A DNA stretch of 62,878 nt, filler included, from Squatina squatina (GCA_031763465.1; 4 parts of 4 records of this genome joined end to end with filler, not necessarily neighbours in it); one strand, 5' to 3'; counted from the whole stretch's first letter, positions 1 through 13,315 are shown. A program made the numbers and translations. Notes: generated by a model not told the origin, from the sequence alone.

Positions 1-146
1 CTCCTGTCACAGCGACCATTTGGCGCCAGTGCGGCTCCATTGCGAATCCCACATCGGAGCCCCTTAGCATCCGAAACGGGCGTTACACCCCTAGTGCCCG
101 TTTAGCACTCATTCTGCACCTGTGCTAAAGGACTAAACGGTTGCCC
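1..146. mobile_element. Terminal part of a GC-rich non-autonomous Harbinger-like element/MITE
   Basis: Repeated ttagca/ctagtgccc/gggcgtta subterminal motifs like those in the TIR element at 17845-18542; sharp drop to AT-rich sequence after ...ggttgccc. Confidence 0.45.
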
Positions 147-1157
147 ATATATGTTAGCCTTTTCATTTTCTATACTAATATAAGTTTGTGCAGCGGCACT
201 GTCATACTTTTTTGAAAGATCTAAAGTTCCTCACCAAATGGAGCCTGGAATTATGCCTGATAAAGGATGTCCTATCAGTCAGCACAAAGGCATTACCTCC
301 TTTAGGCTGCAAGGAGACAAGACATTTGATCTGTATTTCCGTAATTACTCACAGATTAATCCATTCCTACAAGAGCATATGTAATTAGTAGTTTGCTTAT
401 TGATCTGCACACATGGAATGCCTCCTGATTATTTTTACTCAAGTTACTGCTCTGTCAATTCACAACCTCACATTAACACTCTGCGGAAGAATTAATCCCC
501 AAAATTGACACACTTGAAGCAGACTATCCATGAAAAAGTCAGAATGCCAATAAAGAAGTGGCTGCAGCAGCCTTTCTGTTTTGTCAGCATTCTGTCAGAA
601 GAAGGGAACTACAACTGTTAGCCTTCACGACACCATTGCAACCGATGACAGCACCGCAACGGGTGCATTGAATCTCTCATGGTGATCAGCTTATCTACCA
701 ATGACATTACACAAATAATTTAGGTCAGTATAAAGCTGCTCCTTCACCTTCTCATCATTCATTATTTCAGGTACAAATAGTAGTGGCATGTTTCTTCTAT
801 GGTAGTAAAAGTAGTGGTAGTTTCATTGTTATTGGGTGTTTGTTGATTGCCTTTATCCAAATTCAGGATCATGTTATTGTGAATTACGCATCCTACATGA
901 NNNNNNNNNNNNNNNNNNNNNNNNNNNNNNNNNNNNNNNNNNNNNNNNNNNNNNNNNNNNNNNNNNNNNNNNNNNNNNNNNNNNNNNNNNNNNNNNNNNN
1001 TCCAAAAAATGGTATATTCATCAAAATACCTGTTTCACAATCCATTTTATTGATCTGATAACCAAAATTCAGTGTTCTCTGGGTGTTCATGATTTATGGT
1101 TACTGATTTAAAATCGGAATATATGATTAACTGAGGTAATTAGCAATAAATAATCCA

Positions 1158-1540
1158 TCATGTGAAGTCATGACCAATGAGCTGGTTATGATTCTATTTT
1201 GCTAATGCAAGGATATCATGCCCTGGTGCAAGCTGTTGGAGTTCTGTGTCATCCATAGCCAGTCCATGGATCAATTCGTCAATGATTTCAAGGTTGATGG
1301 CCCTCTGAATAATGAGGCTGTGCAGCCTGCAGCAGACAGTGATGTATTTGGAATCCTTGCCTGCACTGTTGTGCAGCACCCTCTTTGAATGATCCTAACA
1401 ATGGAATCATTGATTAAAATCCCTGTGGTGTGCTCAACAGTGCTGCTGGTGGTGTAAAGCTCGCTGTTTCTGTGCGGAGGCTGGTAAATTGAGGTCCTGA
1501 GTCATCACTTCAAAGGGTAGCACTGGTCTATTCCTATTCT
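1158..1540 (-). pseudogene. Fossil PIF/Harbinger (HARBI1-like DDE) transposase, C-terminal part
   Basis: Minus strand reads, with stops and frameshifts, YPLK**LRT...TVEHTTGIL...VLHNSAGKDSKYITVCCRLHSLIIQR...NQLIGHDFT*, matching the HARBI1 motifs GYPLxxWLMTP, VExTIGxLK, IxxCCxLHN and the terminal LIxxxF*. Confidence 0.75.
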
Positions 1541-3729
1541 CTGGAGTAATGCAGCCTTCACTGGGCCTTGCAGTACAATAGNNNNNNNNNNATTTCTGTA
1601 CTGGGTGGTGTAGGGATTCTGATACATTTAGGGGTAGAGTAAAGGGATCACAAGCTATGGTTTCAATCCATACTTAAGGTTCCTAGAAGGCTGGTCTTGC
1701 GTTTGGTTATACTATTCAAATAAATGTGGCATAGAGGACTGGTTAAGCAGTAAGCAATAACCTACCGACCTAGGGCAGCTTGCAAAAACCAGAAGGATTA
1801 TTTCCTGGCTTATCACCTCCAGTATATTGAAGGATTGGAAGCTTTTATAGTTGATATATGAAGGTGTCCATATTTGTTTGTGAGCACAGGTGGTCAGACA
1901 CNNNNNNNNNNNNNNNNNNNNNNNNNNNNNNNNNNNNNNNNNNNNNNNNNNNNNNNNNNNNNNNNNNNNNNNNNNNNNNNNNNNNNNNNNNNNNNNNNNN
2001 NAGATATCTTTGTCTGTGGCTGTGCATTCACTGGCTGTACAGTAATTTTAACATTTTGGAAATGGGAGCATTCTAGCCTGTGTCTATAGAATTGTAGTAA
2101 GGAAAAGCATATACATTTAAGTGTTCGTGCATTTGTATTTCTGCTTTCTTCGAATGTTTCTGAGATCCACTGCTGCAACACTGCAGTAAGGATGAATTCT
2201 GACAGTCAAAGAAATGTAAAGTTGTCACTTAACATTTGAATCTTGCTTTCTAATTGGTGGCTGATGGGACTTATGAAGCTGTGCAGATCATAAGCAGCTA
2301 TTTTACTAATTATTGCATCATTTCTTCTAAGTATCTAGAAAGACCAGCACAAAAAAAAATATTGCAATTTTACAGCTGATGGAGTGAGCAGCTGGAGTCA
2401 CTGAGTCACCATTCCAAATGTGCAACCAATGTTTGTCATATCTCAGTCATTGCCTCTCTGCTTAGTCAAAACCAGGTCAGGAATTCTGTCTGTTGTGTGC
2501 ATTGAAACAAGCATTGAGAGGCTTCCTCCAGTAGATCATCACAAACAACGTCAACATCACACTGGGTGTACTATGCCTCCAGACAGGTGCAAAGCCACAG
2601 TTTACAGGTGCCCAGGTGTTTCATTGGATTGTTTTGGAATAAACCTATTTTCGACTCATTTTAACGTTGTAAAAGAAATGCCCGTTCCACTTGCTCGCTC
2701 AACAGTAATAATTAGCTGCCTGGGACCAGAGCTCTGTACCATGTGTCTGACTACAGCCAGTGTCAATTGAAATTGGCAATTTGGCCAGAGTTATATTATA
2801 TTTACACTTATTGACCTACTTTATAAGGCTACATATAACAGTTTATTAGATACAGAATAACTGCTACTGAGGAATGGTTGCCAGACAGTAATGTCACAGA
2901 AAGGCTCATATGTTATTAACATACACATTTGAGCAATTTGTAACCCTCGTCTTAACCCCAGATAAGAATTTTCCTTCCTATTGTCTCCATTACATTTTCT
3001 AATACGTTGTGGAATTGGTGAGGGCAGTTTCATTTGCTTTCGCTTTTGGTGTGGAGTGTTGTGATGCACATTGATGGTAAGGATGCTACATGTAGTTAAT
3101 GTATGATAACGTTGACCCCAAAGAAGCAGCAGCCTTGATATAGTCATTGTGAGCTTACCAAATCGTAATGAAGGACAAGAAAACAAGAATATGCATAAAT
3201 TATGTGTATGTCCACACAAGTATGCAACCTGAAGATTTTTATTTTCCCCCAAGCACTCACTGTTCAGGTATAATTCCAGATAGATGTAGTCTAGACAAAA
3301 GCGAAATACTGCGGATGCTGGAATCTAGAGTCGCCTCTAAACTGTTTCACCTGTTTCTTCATTTAGGCTTCGAAAGAATAACCCTTATTGGTTTAACATT
3401 TCCCATTTCCCAAGCCACCTGTTGTATTGACCTTTCTAAATGAGATTTCCCAATAGTCTGAACAATCAGCTCTGCTTAGAGTTGAAATTTTCTTCTTTCA
3501 CGTTTGGATTATTCAGGCCTGAAATGTTTAAACAAGTCATTGCACAAGGGATGGCTAAAGAAACGTGAGCACCTTTAGTAGACCATCAGGGAACTTTGAC
3601 ATATGTCTCTAATAAATCACTTGAAAACGNNNNNNNNNNNNNNNNNNNNNNNNNNNNNNNNNNNNNNNNNNNNNNNNNNNNNNNNNNNNNNNNNNNNNNN
3701 NNNNNNNNNNNNNNNNNNNNNNNNNNNNN

Positions 3730-3882
3730 ATCATTCAAAAGACGGCAGCTCCAACAGTGCAGCACTCCCTCAATATTGCACTGGAATATCAGTCTAGATA
3801 TTTATGCTCAAGTCTCTAGAGTAAGCCCACAACCTTCTGATTCAGAGGAGAGAGTCCTACCAACTGAGCCACAGCTGACACA
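3730..3882 (-). mobile_element. DeuSINE (SacSINE1/AmnSINE1-like) 5' part, truncated by gap
   Basis: Reverse complement of the tRNA-like head and ...gagggagtgctgcactgt...gccgtcttt segment also seen at 58544-58660. Confidence 0.8.
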
Positions 3883-6819
3883 CGGCACATGGCACGAGGC
3901 ACAATTTTTTGCAGCTTCCTTCCCTGGAGACCCAGCAGTCTATCTCTTTCTCTCTCTTTTCTCCATTTAATTTCCTCAAGAAGCATTGCAGAGCTTGTGA
4001 GCTCTTCTTTTGTTTCTCTTTGCAATATTCTTGTCCTTTCTTCAGCTGTCCTGTGCCAAATCATCCAGTGGAAGACATTCTTGAATAGTCAGACAAAATC
4101 ATGAGTCATCCAGTGCAGCTATCTTATAATGAACTCAGTAAGCCAAATGTTTGCTTACCACCTACTGTTTCCCCTACTCAGCTGCTGCATTAGGACCCGA
4201 GAATGGGAAGTTTAGAACATAAAAGCTTGCTGGCAGCATTATTGCCTTATGCTGTGCTTCTAATTTACATACCTGGGAGGTGGTAAATTAGTCATTTCTG
4301 TCAGCTGTACCTGCTCTTTGTAATACCAAGATTTAACTATAGCATAGCATTCTTCTTAAAGCCCACCCAAGCCTTTTTCAATGAAATTAATTACCTCACT
4401 CTGCAGTAGTTAAAGGTGAGATTAAATGAATTTCAGAAAGCCATAGAAGCCAATCATAAGACAAAGTGCCTCCTAATTATGCTTATAAATCTGAAAGTGA
4501 GATATTGCCCTNNNNNNNNNNNNNNNNNNNNNNNNNNNNNNNNNNNNNNNNNNNNNNNNNNNNNNNNNNNNNNNNNNNNNNNNNNNNNNNNNNNNNNNNN
4601 NNNNNNNNNNNAGCCAACCCCTTAATGATGCATCAAAAATTCAGGTCCAAATTCTCGGCTTGTACGCCGGGATCTACGGTACTTGAATTTTTTACATTTC
4701 GTTCAAATTTATAAAATGCTGAATATTCTGGGCATAGCTTATCCTAGAATTATTGTGTTTTTTTTTTAAATCACTGGTAATGTTATCTGTACAGTATGCA
4801 TCCTTTAAACAGAAGCAGTGGATGCTTAAACTCTGCCAACAATGCTTAGCTGCAAACTACAGATAATCTATTAGCCTACAACCAACTTCCGCATCCACGG
4901 GCTATCAATCTTTATCTCCAACCAACTCCTCCTATGGGACTAAAGCAAGTTTGCTGGCAGAATCCCAGGAGATAATATTGGATATAAACTACTTCCCGAT
5001 GAAATCCTATGAGATTTGGTATCATGTACTGCCAAAAATGGTGGAAAATTAAAGGAGGTTAAAGATTTATCATGAGGAAGATTAATCTTTTGCAAGTTTG
5101 CAAGCTACAATCCGATAAATGTTTATGAGCTAANNNNNNNNNNNNNNNNNNNNNNNNNNNNNNNNNNNNNNNNNNNNNNNNNNNNNNNNNNNNNNNNNNN
5201 NNNNNNNNNNNNNNNNNNNNNNNNNNNNNNNNNAATAATTGCAGTTAGGTTGACAAGTTGGACCTAGCAGATTTAGTTAACTTGGTTGGGCAATGTATTT
5301 CCCCCTTCAAGTCAACTTGTTTTGAATTTCTTGTAAAAATGCAGATTTCTCAATTTGTCGGGAAATTTGGACCTGAGCTGAGATTTTGTCTGTGCTATTG
5401 ACTTTAGTTCAACAATTTAGTGCTTCAAATCAAAGTCTGATGGGCTGAAAGTCAGCTCAGATTAGACTGACCAAAAACCTGAACCTTGTCCATCTCACTT
5501 AACCCAGTGTTCACCAAAATGTAGGTTTGCTCAGCTTCCTTTTTTAATGGTTAATACAGTCGCATGCTGTGTGGCGTTCTTACATAAAACATAAATAAAA
5601 ACTTAACAATATATGAACTTAAAAAATGTCAAAATCCTATAATAGGATGACGTTTATTTTTTTAAAACACAGTTACTGACACTACACAAAACAATATAAA
5701 ATTATTCATTCCCAAAGCTATTAAGATTAGATGTTTTACAAAATAAATCAATAAGATTTTTTGAAGATTCGGTACAAACAGGTCTCTAGTTGCAATAAAT
5801 TGCAGGAAAACCCTGGTTGCCAAGAGTGGCATAAAGCAGATAAATGTTCTGAATATAAAATACCACAAATAGACTTTGTTGTCTTTATAAATGTCAAACT
5901 TTTAAGTTAAAGGCTTCGCAAGCCTTTATAAATGCCATCGTCGCTGAGGGTTCAAACATTGCCTTTCTAAACAGCTCCAAAGCCTTCTGTCAGCTTGTGA
6001 CTGGGGAATGTTCCCTCCCCATGGGCTTCAGAATCTGCCTCCCACTTTCTTTTTCTGAGGAACTGATTAGTGGTAATTAGTACCATTAAATGATAATGAT
6101 ACACAATTAATTNNNNNNNNNNNNNNNNNNNNNNNNNNNNNNNNNNNNNNNNNNNNNNNNNNNNNNNNNNNNNNNNNNNNNNNNNNNNNNNNNNNNNNNN
6201 NNNNNNNNNNNNCATTTCTGAGTGTGTTCGAATACTGGCAGCTTTCGATTTGCATTGTATAGCTTTAAGGGACTAGGCATATTTGCATAACTTTGCATAT
6301 TGTTTATAGTGCAGCGGTTTTGAGCATAATCTGTCACTCTGGCATATTTATTACACTCTGCCTGCAAATCAATCTTTTAAATGTGATTCCTTGTGCTTGG
6401 TATTGAACTTAATGCAGCAGTCAGGGGGAAAAAAAGACTGTGTTCAGTCACCCTAACTTAAAAGTAAGATGGGATCAAAAACATAAATTGCTGTTAGGAA
6501 ATTAACCAAAATTGCAAATTTCTCAATTAAGCTGTGTCATTTTTTTATGCTTAAGTTATAGTTGCTGAGCGCACCTGGGACTAAATTTCAGTTGCTGTCT
6601 GTACTTTTTTGAAATGTAGAGTGCTTGGCAATGTGATTGGCGATGTATGCATCTGTATTGGTGCCCTGAATCTTGGAGGGTACTGATAATTTCAGTCTAA
6701 AAGGTGGCCACACCTTGATNNNNNNNNNNNNNNNNNNNNNNNNNNNNNNNNNNNNNNNNNNNNNNNNNNNNNNNNNNNNNNNNNNNNNNNNNNNNNNNNN
6801 NNNNNNNNNNNNNNNNNNN

Positions 6820-6915
6820 TTAGCAAAAGCCTTGCTAAAATCAATATAGACTACCTCAAATGCACAACCCTCATCGACCATCCTTGTTACCTGCTCAAAA
6901 AATTTTAATCAACTG
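6820..6915 (-). mobile_element. CR1 LINE RT fragment
   Basis: Translates ...FEQVTRMVDEGCAFEVVYIDFSKAF, the CR1 RT motif DVVYxDFSKAFD. Confidence 0.85.
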
Positions 6916-7452
6916 GTGTGTGGAATACGCCTGCTACCTGTTGCCAGCCTGAGGCCTGAACTATTTTGAGGCCCAGGCCTCAGTTATATGCTGCCAGTGC
7001 CCATCTGCAGCTCACCGTTTGTAGAGGGCCAGAAATTGTGTGGCTCTTTTGCTGAATCAGTTGACAGTTGGAACCTTGAAGAAGGTGATCTTGGACAGGC
7101 TAGAGTTTTTATGTGAGTCCAGCAGGAATATTCCTGCGCCTGGCCTCACAAAATAAAATTAAACATTTCCTGAGCTATTTTCTGAGCAGCCTCCATTGGC
7201 CACTTTAAGGAGCGTTGGTTACGTTGCTCAGTGCTCAGTATTGTAATCAGGGTATTATGTACTTAGGACTCCGATTTGCATATTACAAGTGTGTACCCAC
7301 CTGAAACCGATGGGCGCTGCAGCCGTCCTACTTAAATTGGCGGCAGCCAGAATGCCAGCGTAAACAGGGCAGTTAGCGACCAAAAGCTACTTTCGGACTA
7401 CTGCAGCCCCATTTATGCCAGGTGGAGCGAGTTTAAAATGTTCTCTTATGAT

Positions 7453-8446
7453 TTCCCCAAGGAGACCATGACACAAATTTGCAGATTTCTCCAGTTAAGT
7501 TGAGAAACCACTTCTCGGACAGAGATGAATCTGTTAGTGGCTGTCAAGGTAATTGCTACTTTGAATTTCTGTGTTTCTGGGTCCTTCTAAGCAGCAGCAA
7601 GAGATATCTGCCATTTCTACCAACCTGTGCCACATAATTGCATTGTGGCGATGACATTTGCCTTATTTTCCTAGCTAAATGAATTGATCAATTTCAGGGT
7701 GCTGCACTTTTACAGTTAGGCTGGATCCCCCCCAAAGTGCAGGGCATTATTCTTACCCTCAATGCCACCTCCTCCATAAACAGAAAGTGGATTCTACTGA
7801 ATGAGTAGCTGTTCTGTTTCTGTTTGTTTTCCATTTGCCAACATGTGAAGTGCCATGGAATTTTTTTTTACATTAAAGGTGGTATATCAATGCAAGTTAT
7901 TCTTGGGATGGTGGTGGTGCTATATCTAAACGTACAGAATAATGCATTTTATTGTCCACTATCCTGGCAGCTGTCATGGTTCCTTTATTTTATGTCACTA
8001 CAGTGCCGCTGTTTTAATGTCCAGGAAGACAGCTGGATGGCTGCTGGGAGACTAATGCTATCCATTCCAGCCGTGGCTGCTTACCCCATCGACGCAGCCA
8101 AGGGCAAGATCTGAAGACCGCTATAATGAGATGCACGCTGCTATCACGGACTTGGTGTTGGAGACTTTTGGCATTCTGAAGTGCATTTCAGATCCCTTAA
8201 CTATTTGGGTGGTACATTACAGCAGAGCCCTAAGGAAGGCTGCTTCATCCTTAAAGCATGTTATATTCTATTCTGTGTAGCATGCGATCTCCTGTGGGAT
8301 TGAGCTGGATTTTGATTAGAACAAGAGCAATCCATCTACAGATAGCGCAGATAATGAGGCAGACTTGCAGACTCAGTTTAATAAATCAAACCTCTGTACA
8401 GGCCAGAAATGTTAGAGCTGAATTAATTAGAAATGTATTTAGTTAA
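7453..8446 (+). pseudogene. Fossil near-full-length PIF/Harbinger (HARBI1-like) transposase
   Basis: FPKETMTQICRFLQ...LLVAVKVIATLNFCVSGSF*AAARDICHFYQP...; PKVQGII; INRK; GWLLGD*CYPFQPWLLTP...EDRYNEMH...ETFGILK; LGGTLQQSP; ends ARNVRAELIRNVFS*; multiple stops and frameshifts. Confidence 0.85.
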
Positions 8447-9077
8447 ATGATGGGAATTTTAGTTAATAATCATTCAACCTTTGGAAAAGGAAAGGAAAGG
8501 TACACATGCAACTGTCCAGAAGATTGATTAATTCAAGTATCAGCAGATGTCTTTGACCTAATTAAGTTTTAACTTTACACTTTTCACAGTATCAGTAATC
8601 CCCTCCCCCTCTGCCACACAGCAGAGGCACATGGGCCTGAAAATCCTCAGGCTGACTGGTGACCAGGACTCATGCTGCCAGATGTAAATCCACAACTGGT
8701 AGCTCCAGGCCCCAGGACTGTCCATCACAACTGGACTTCACCGAATCATAGTCCGGCATCTCCCACAATCCAAATTCATGTCTTGATCTCAAATGTAGCT
8801 GTTAATCAAAACCATCACGTTACAAACATTCGTAGGATGTCAAATGCAGAGCGTGTACCCTTTGCAGCTCAGGAACTAATAGCCAATCAGACAGTTATCA
8901 GGAACAGTGCTGGGACAGAATAGGGTTGAAGGCCATGCATTTCAATAACGGCAGCATATTAAACTGCATTTATTCCTGGGAAAGAAGCCTGCAGTCCTGT
9001 ATTATTGCCTATGAAATGGCCTAAAATCATGCATATTGTCAGCAGTTTAAGGAATCAACTTACCATATCTAATAAAT

Positions 9078-9179
9078 CTCGACCGTGTCCGGTCTATTTC
9101 CTGCACCTCTGCCCTCACCCCTTCTTCTCCCTCCCAGAACCATGATAGGGTTCCCCTTGTCCTCACCTTTCACCCCATC
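9078..9179 (+). mobile_element. Penelope-like element ORF fragment
   Basis: Translates LDRVRSISCTSALTPSSPSQNHDRVPLVLTFHP; RVPLVxTY/FHP is the typical PLE linker before the GIY-YIG domain. Confidence 0.7.
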
Positions 9180-9279
9180 NNNNNNNNNNNNNNNNNNNNN
9201 NNNNNNNNNNNNNNNNNNNNNNNNNNNNNNNNNNNNNNNNNNNNNNNNNNNNNNNNNNNNNNNNNNNNNNNNNNNNNNN

Positions 9280-9525
9280 GAGACATCACAGTTGAACCTG
9301 ATTCTAATCTTACTTGATGTTCACATATGCACACTTTCTAACTGAGGGCATCGGGCTGTATTCAGAACCAGAAACCCTGGCTGATATTTCCCTTCTAAAG
9401 CCTTAGGGGGCATTGAGGCCAAGCATAACAGTCCCAGTTTCCTCCGAGTTAGAGTCAGTGAACTCAGCCTATGCCCCAGTGAGCGGAGGTGAGAGTTCCG
9501 GTCTCTGAATACAAGGCTAACATTT
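9280..9525 (-). mobile_element. Old tRNA-derived SINE (AmnSINE2-like as recalled)
   Basis: Minus strand gctgagttcactgactc...ttggcctcaatgccccc...atcagccagggtttc...gaaagtgtgcatatgtgaacatc...ctgtgatg resembles the recalled body of this family. Confidence 0.5.
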
Positions 9526-9614
9526 GGCAGGGTACATATGTCCAATGGGAGTGGAGCACCCGCCACCACCCACTCCACCGCCCCCACCGCCCGCCCCACC
9601 GAACTCTCTCATCG

Positions 9615-9790
9615 TAGACTTGGTGGGTAGGACACCAGATTCCAGCCTTTGAATACTGGTTTGACATATAGTGGGGTACCTGCCCCACATTGTGTCTAGC
9701 TTGTTTTGCTGGTTGGGAGCTGTGAGTCAGGCTATCAGCCTATCCTCATAAAAAGGGACTTTGTTACAGAAAGGAGCCAGCGGATGACCT
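9615..9790 (+). mobile_element. SINE-like fragment with an RTE-type 5'UTR module
   Basis: Shares about 60 bp with 19072-19135, then ggttgggagctgtgagtcaggctatcagcc...cataaaaa...ttgttacagaaa, resembling an RTE-clade 5'UTR motif. Confidence 0.45.
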
Positions 9791-11118
9791 GCTGGATGTA
9801 AAGCAGTGGAAGAAACAGGTTGTCTCATGTGCCGCTAGGCATGGAAGCAAAGAAGATGAATGCTGAATTGTATACTTCTATGTAAAATCACACAGATACA
9901 TGTCCATTGAGCTATGAAAAGGGCAAGATTAGCAATTATAATATCATTTACTCAATGTATACTGTTTCTTCNNNNNNNNNNNNNNNNNNNNNNNNNNNNN
10001 NNNNNNNNNNNNNNNNNNNNNNNNNNNNNNNNNNNNNNNNNNNNNNNNNNNNNNNNNNNNNNNNNNNNNNNNNNNNNNNNNNNNNNNNNNNNNNNNNNNN
10101 NNNNNNNNNNNNNNNNNNNNNNNNNNNNNNNNNNNNNNNNNNNNNNNNNNNNNNNNNNNNNNNNNNNNNNNNNNNNNNNNNNNNNNNNNNNNNNNNNNNN
10201 NNNNNNNNNNNNNNNNNNNNNNNNNNNNNNNNNNNNNNNNNNNNNNNNNNNNNNNNNNNNNNNNNNNNNNNNNNNNNNNNNNNNNNNNNNNNNNNNNNNN
10301 NNNNNNNNNNNNNNNNNNNNNNNNNNNNNNNNNNNNNNNNNNNNNNGTGTTTTGAATAAGAAAATCTGTTTGTAGTAGTGTAAAAAAATCAGTAGATCTC
10401 AAAGATGGCTCATCTTCCTTTTTCTACTAATCCTGAGATTAGAGCAAATGGAGACATATCCAAAATCTGTCGGTTTCCCATTGAATAGTGAAAGCTGTAC
10501 TCCATGCAACATCATATCCTAATAAATGTAGCCCTGAAACCATCCTGAGAATTCGTTCCAAGGATAATTACTGGTAAAAATTTACATACTAATTAAAATG
10601 GAATGCAATTATAAACATGCACTGTCATCCCCTGTCTAATAATCTACTATAAAGTCAATAACTAAATGGACAGTAACCACATCACAATTAGTCAACAGAC
10701 CTCAGGAGTAAAGCACCCAGATGATATCAATGACCTAACACTAGTGTACTGTAATAACAATGGATAAAAAGGTAGTGCCAGATTAATTTCTTTATTTAAA
10801 AGAGCTGAAAGATGCCATTAATTGTCAAACCATTTTTATTATTGTGTAATGGGGGAACATTGGTCAGGGGGTTAATTTGCTGCTTAGATTGGAAGAGAGC
10901 AGGTATAACTTTATCCGTCACATTGGCATGTTATGCGCTCTCCCAATGGCCAATTCACTGAAACCCTGAGTGGGTCACCTGCTTGTTTGCCCTCGTTGAC
11001 AGGGGTGGGGGGGTCAGGNNNNNNNNNNNNNNNNNNNNNNNNNNNNNNNNNNNNNNNNNNNNNNNNNNNNNNNNNNNNNNNNNNNNNNNNNNNNNNNNNN
11101 NNNNNNNNNNNNNNNNNN

Positions 11119-11469
11119 GGTGGAGGGAGGATGTTTCCCCTGGCTGAGGAGTCTAGAACCAGGGGTCACAGTCTTACAATAAGGGGTAGGCCATTTAGGA
11201 CTGAGATGAGGAGAAATTTCTGCACTCAAAGGGTGGTGAATCTTTGGAATTCTCTACCCCAGAGGGCTGTGGAGACTCAGTCATTGAGTATATTCAAGAG
11301 AGAGATCAATAGATTTTTGGATATTAAGGGAATCAAGGGGTATGGGGATAGTGCAGGCAAGTGGAGTTGAGGTAGAAGATCTCTCATGATCTTATTGAAT
11401 GGCGGAGTAGGCTCGAGGGGCCGAATGGCCTACTTCTGCTCTGATTTCTTATGTTCTCATGTTCCTATG
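11119..11469 (+). mobile_element. CR1 LINE 3' end with tail
   Basis: MFPLAEESRTRGHSL..RGRPFRTEMRRNFCTQRVVNLWNSLP (CR1 ORF2 C-terminus), 3'UTR ggccgaatggcctac, (ttcttatg)n-type tail. Confidence 0.95.
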
Positions 11470-12795
11470 ATTGCTATGTCCAACAACTCTAAACAACATA
11501 ACCTTTGTGGAAGGTCTAGGGAAATAGAAAACTAAAACAAAAAAAATCACTCATTCAAATTACAGTTCCCTTTTCGGCACTTTTAAAAGAATGAGTTTGA
11601 ATCAGGTAAGTTATCCTGTGGGAAAATTAGTTAATTTTGCTAAAGTGTCTTAATAATTACAGTGACATCAAGGTTAATTGCTTAATCTGTATTACCATAG
11701 TGCAGTCCTGTAGAAATCCCCACACAATCTGTTCTATAATCAGTGCCAGAATTACTAGTAAGACTGCAGGCTGTGACCTAAATAAAGTTTAAAAAAATGA
11801 TAATCAACAAACATTGCCTATTTTTAAAAAAAAATCACATTTAGTATTCTTTATTAAATTGTATAATATAGCAATTAGAAATTATTTTGAGGAAATAAAG
11901 CGACTTACCATTATAAGTATACATTTAAATTGGATGAAAAGTGAATTCTTTATACCACTAAAGTTTAACATGCAGCGATCCACATATTTGCATAAATTGT
12001 GCATTGTGTTAATAAATCTATGGTTGAATGAGCTTAACTGTTTCACTTTTATTTGGAGTAGCAGTTTCTAACTGCAAGCAGTAACATAAATCACAGTGTT
12101 TGCAATCATTGCTTTTTCTAATTAGTATTGAGCCTTGCGTCTTAGGAGAAGCTTTGAATCCAGTTGTCACCTAACTGAGCTTAACTAATATGAACAACAA
12201 GTAACAGTTTTAGAATAAACATCTGCCTTTCTCCTCTCCTGTGTCCTCCAACTTCTGATCTTTCTTCAGCACCTGGGACAGTTCCTTTTCTCACCGCCAC
12301 ATTATTCTATTGGCACTTGTCTGACCAGCAGTTTGCTAATGACAAAGACACAATAACAGAATACTAATGCATCTGTAAATAACTCATTCAACACACTCAG
12401 CAAAGATTGATCTTTCTGTCACCCTTTAGGCAGACTGAGGACCATGTTGTTTCTTCCAAAAGACTCAGCTCTCCTTGATAGACTTGGGTACAGGTGTGTC
12501 ATTTGTATCCCCAAGGAAGCCTCCAGGCAATGTGTAGACAGAGAAAGGTCAGCATTTATTGAACTGAAATTAATTTAATGACCAACAGCCCTTCAAAATA
12601 ATGATTAACATTAGCAATGATATATGCCTGCTGCTGTCTTTCCTTCAACAAAGCTGTATAATCATGAATTAAGCTAGTAAAATAATCAAAGTGAGNNNNN
12701 NNNNNNNNNNNNNNNNNNNNNNNNNNNNNNNNNNNNNNNNNNNNNNNNNNNNNNNNNNNNNNNNNNNNNNNNNNNNNNNNNNNNNNNNNNNNNNN

Positions 12796-12958
12796 TGTAG
12801 GGGTTTTTTCGGGTTTGTAGGAGTGTCTTGGAGTTTGAAGGGGTGTGTTGGAGTTTGTAGGGGTTTGTTAGGGTTTGTAGGAGTGTCCTGGAGTTTGTAG
12901 GAGTGTCTTGGAGTTTGTAGGGGTGTTTTGGAGTTTGTAGGGGTTTGTTAGGGTTTGT
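12796..12958. repeat. Minisatellite of 10/20-bp GT-rich units
   Basis: Repeating gagtttgtag/gggtttgtag/gagtgtcttg decamers running into a gap. Confidence 0.9.
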
Positions 12959-13149
12959 CTGAAATGTGGGCAATGCGGCATGGGTGTGTTGAGATTTTGA
13001 GGAGAGGGATGGACTGGTGCTTATGGCCTCTCTGTTGCATCAATATATCAATATATGTCTAGTTTTGCACTTAAGCACTTTCCACATCATTCTATTTCTT
13101 CCCTTGTGTGTGTATTATTTCCCTCGCTTTTCATTTTGTTCGGTTCCTT

Positions 13150-13315
13150 TTTAGACATTGTTTATTTGTTATTTCTTCTAGTTCTGATGAAGGGGTTTAC
13201 ATTGAAACGTTAATTCACTTGCTCTCTCCAAAGCTGCTGACTGGCCCGCCAAGCGTTTCCAGCATTTTCTGTTTTGCTTTCAGATTTCCCACATCCACAT
13301 GTTTGCTTTTTGCTT
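13150..13315 (+). mobile_element. Penelope-type terminal repeat with degenerate minimal hammerhead ribozyme
   Basis: CTGATGA at 13184-13190, short stem II, GAAACGTT at 13204-13211, then ctctctcca..gctgc..ttccagcattttctgtttt..ttcagatttcc; a reverse copy of the terminus lies at 3296-3326. Confidence 0.7.
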
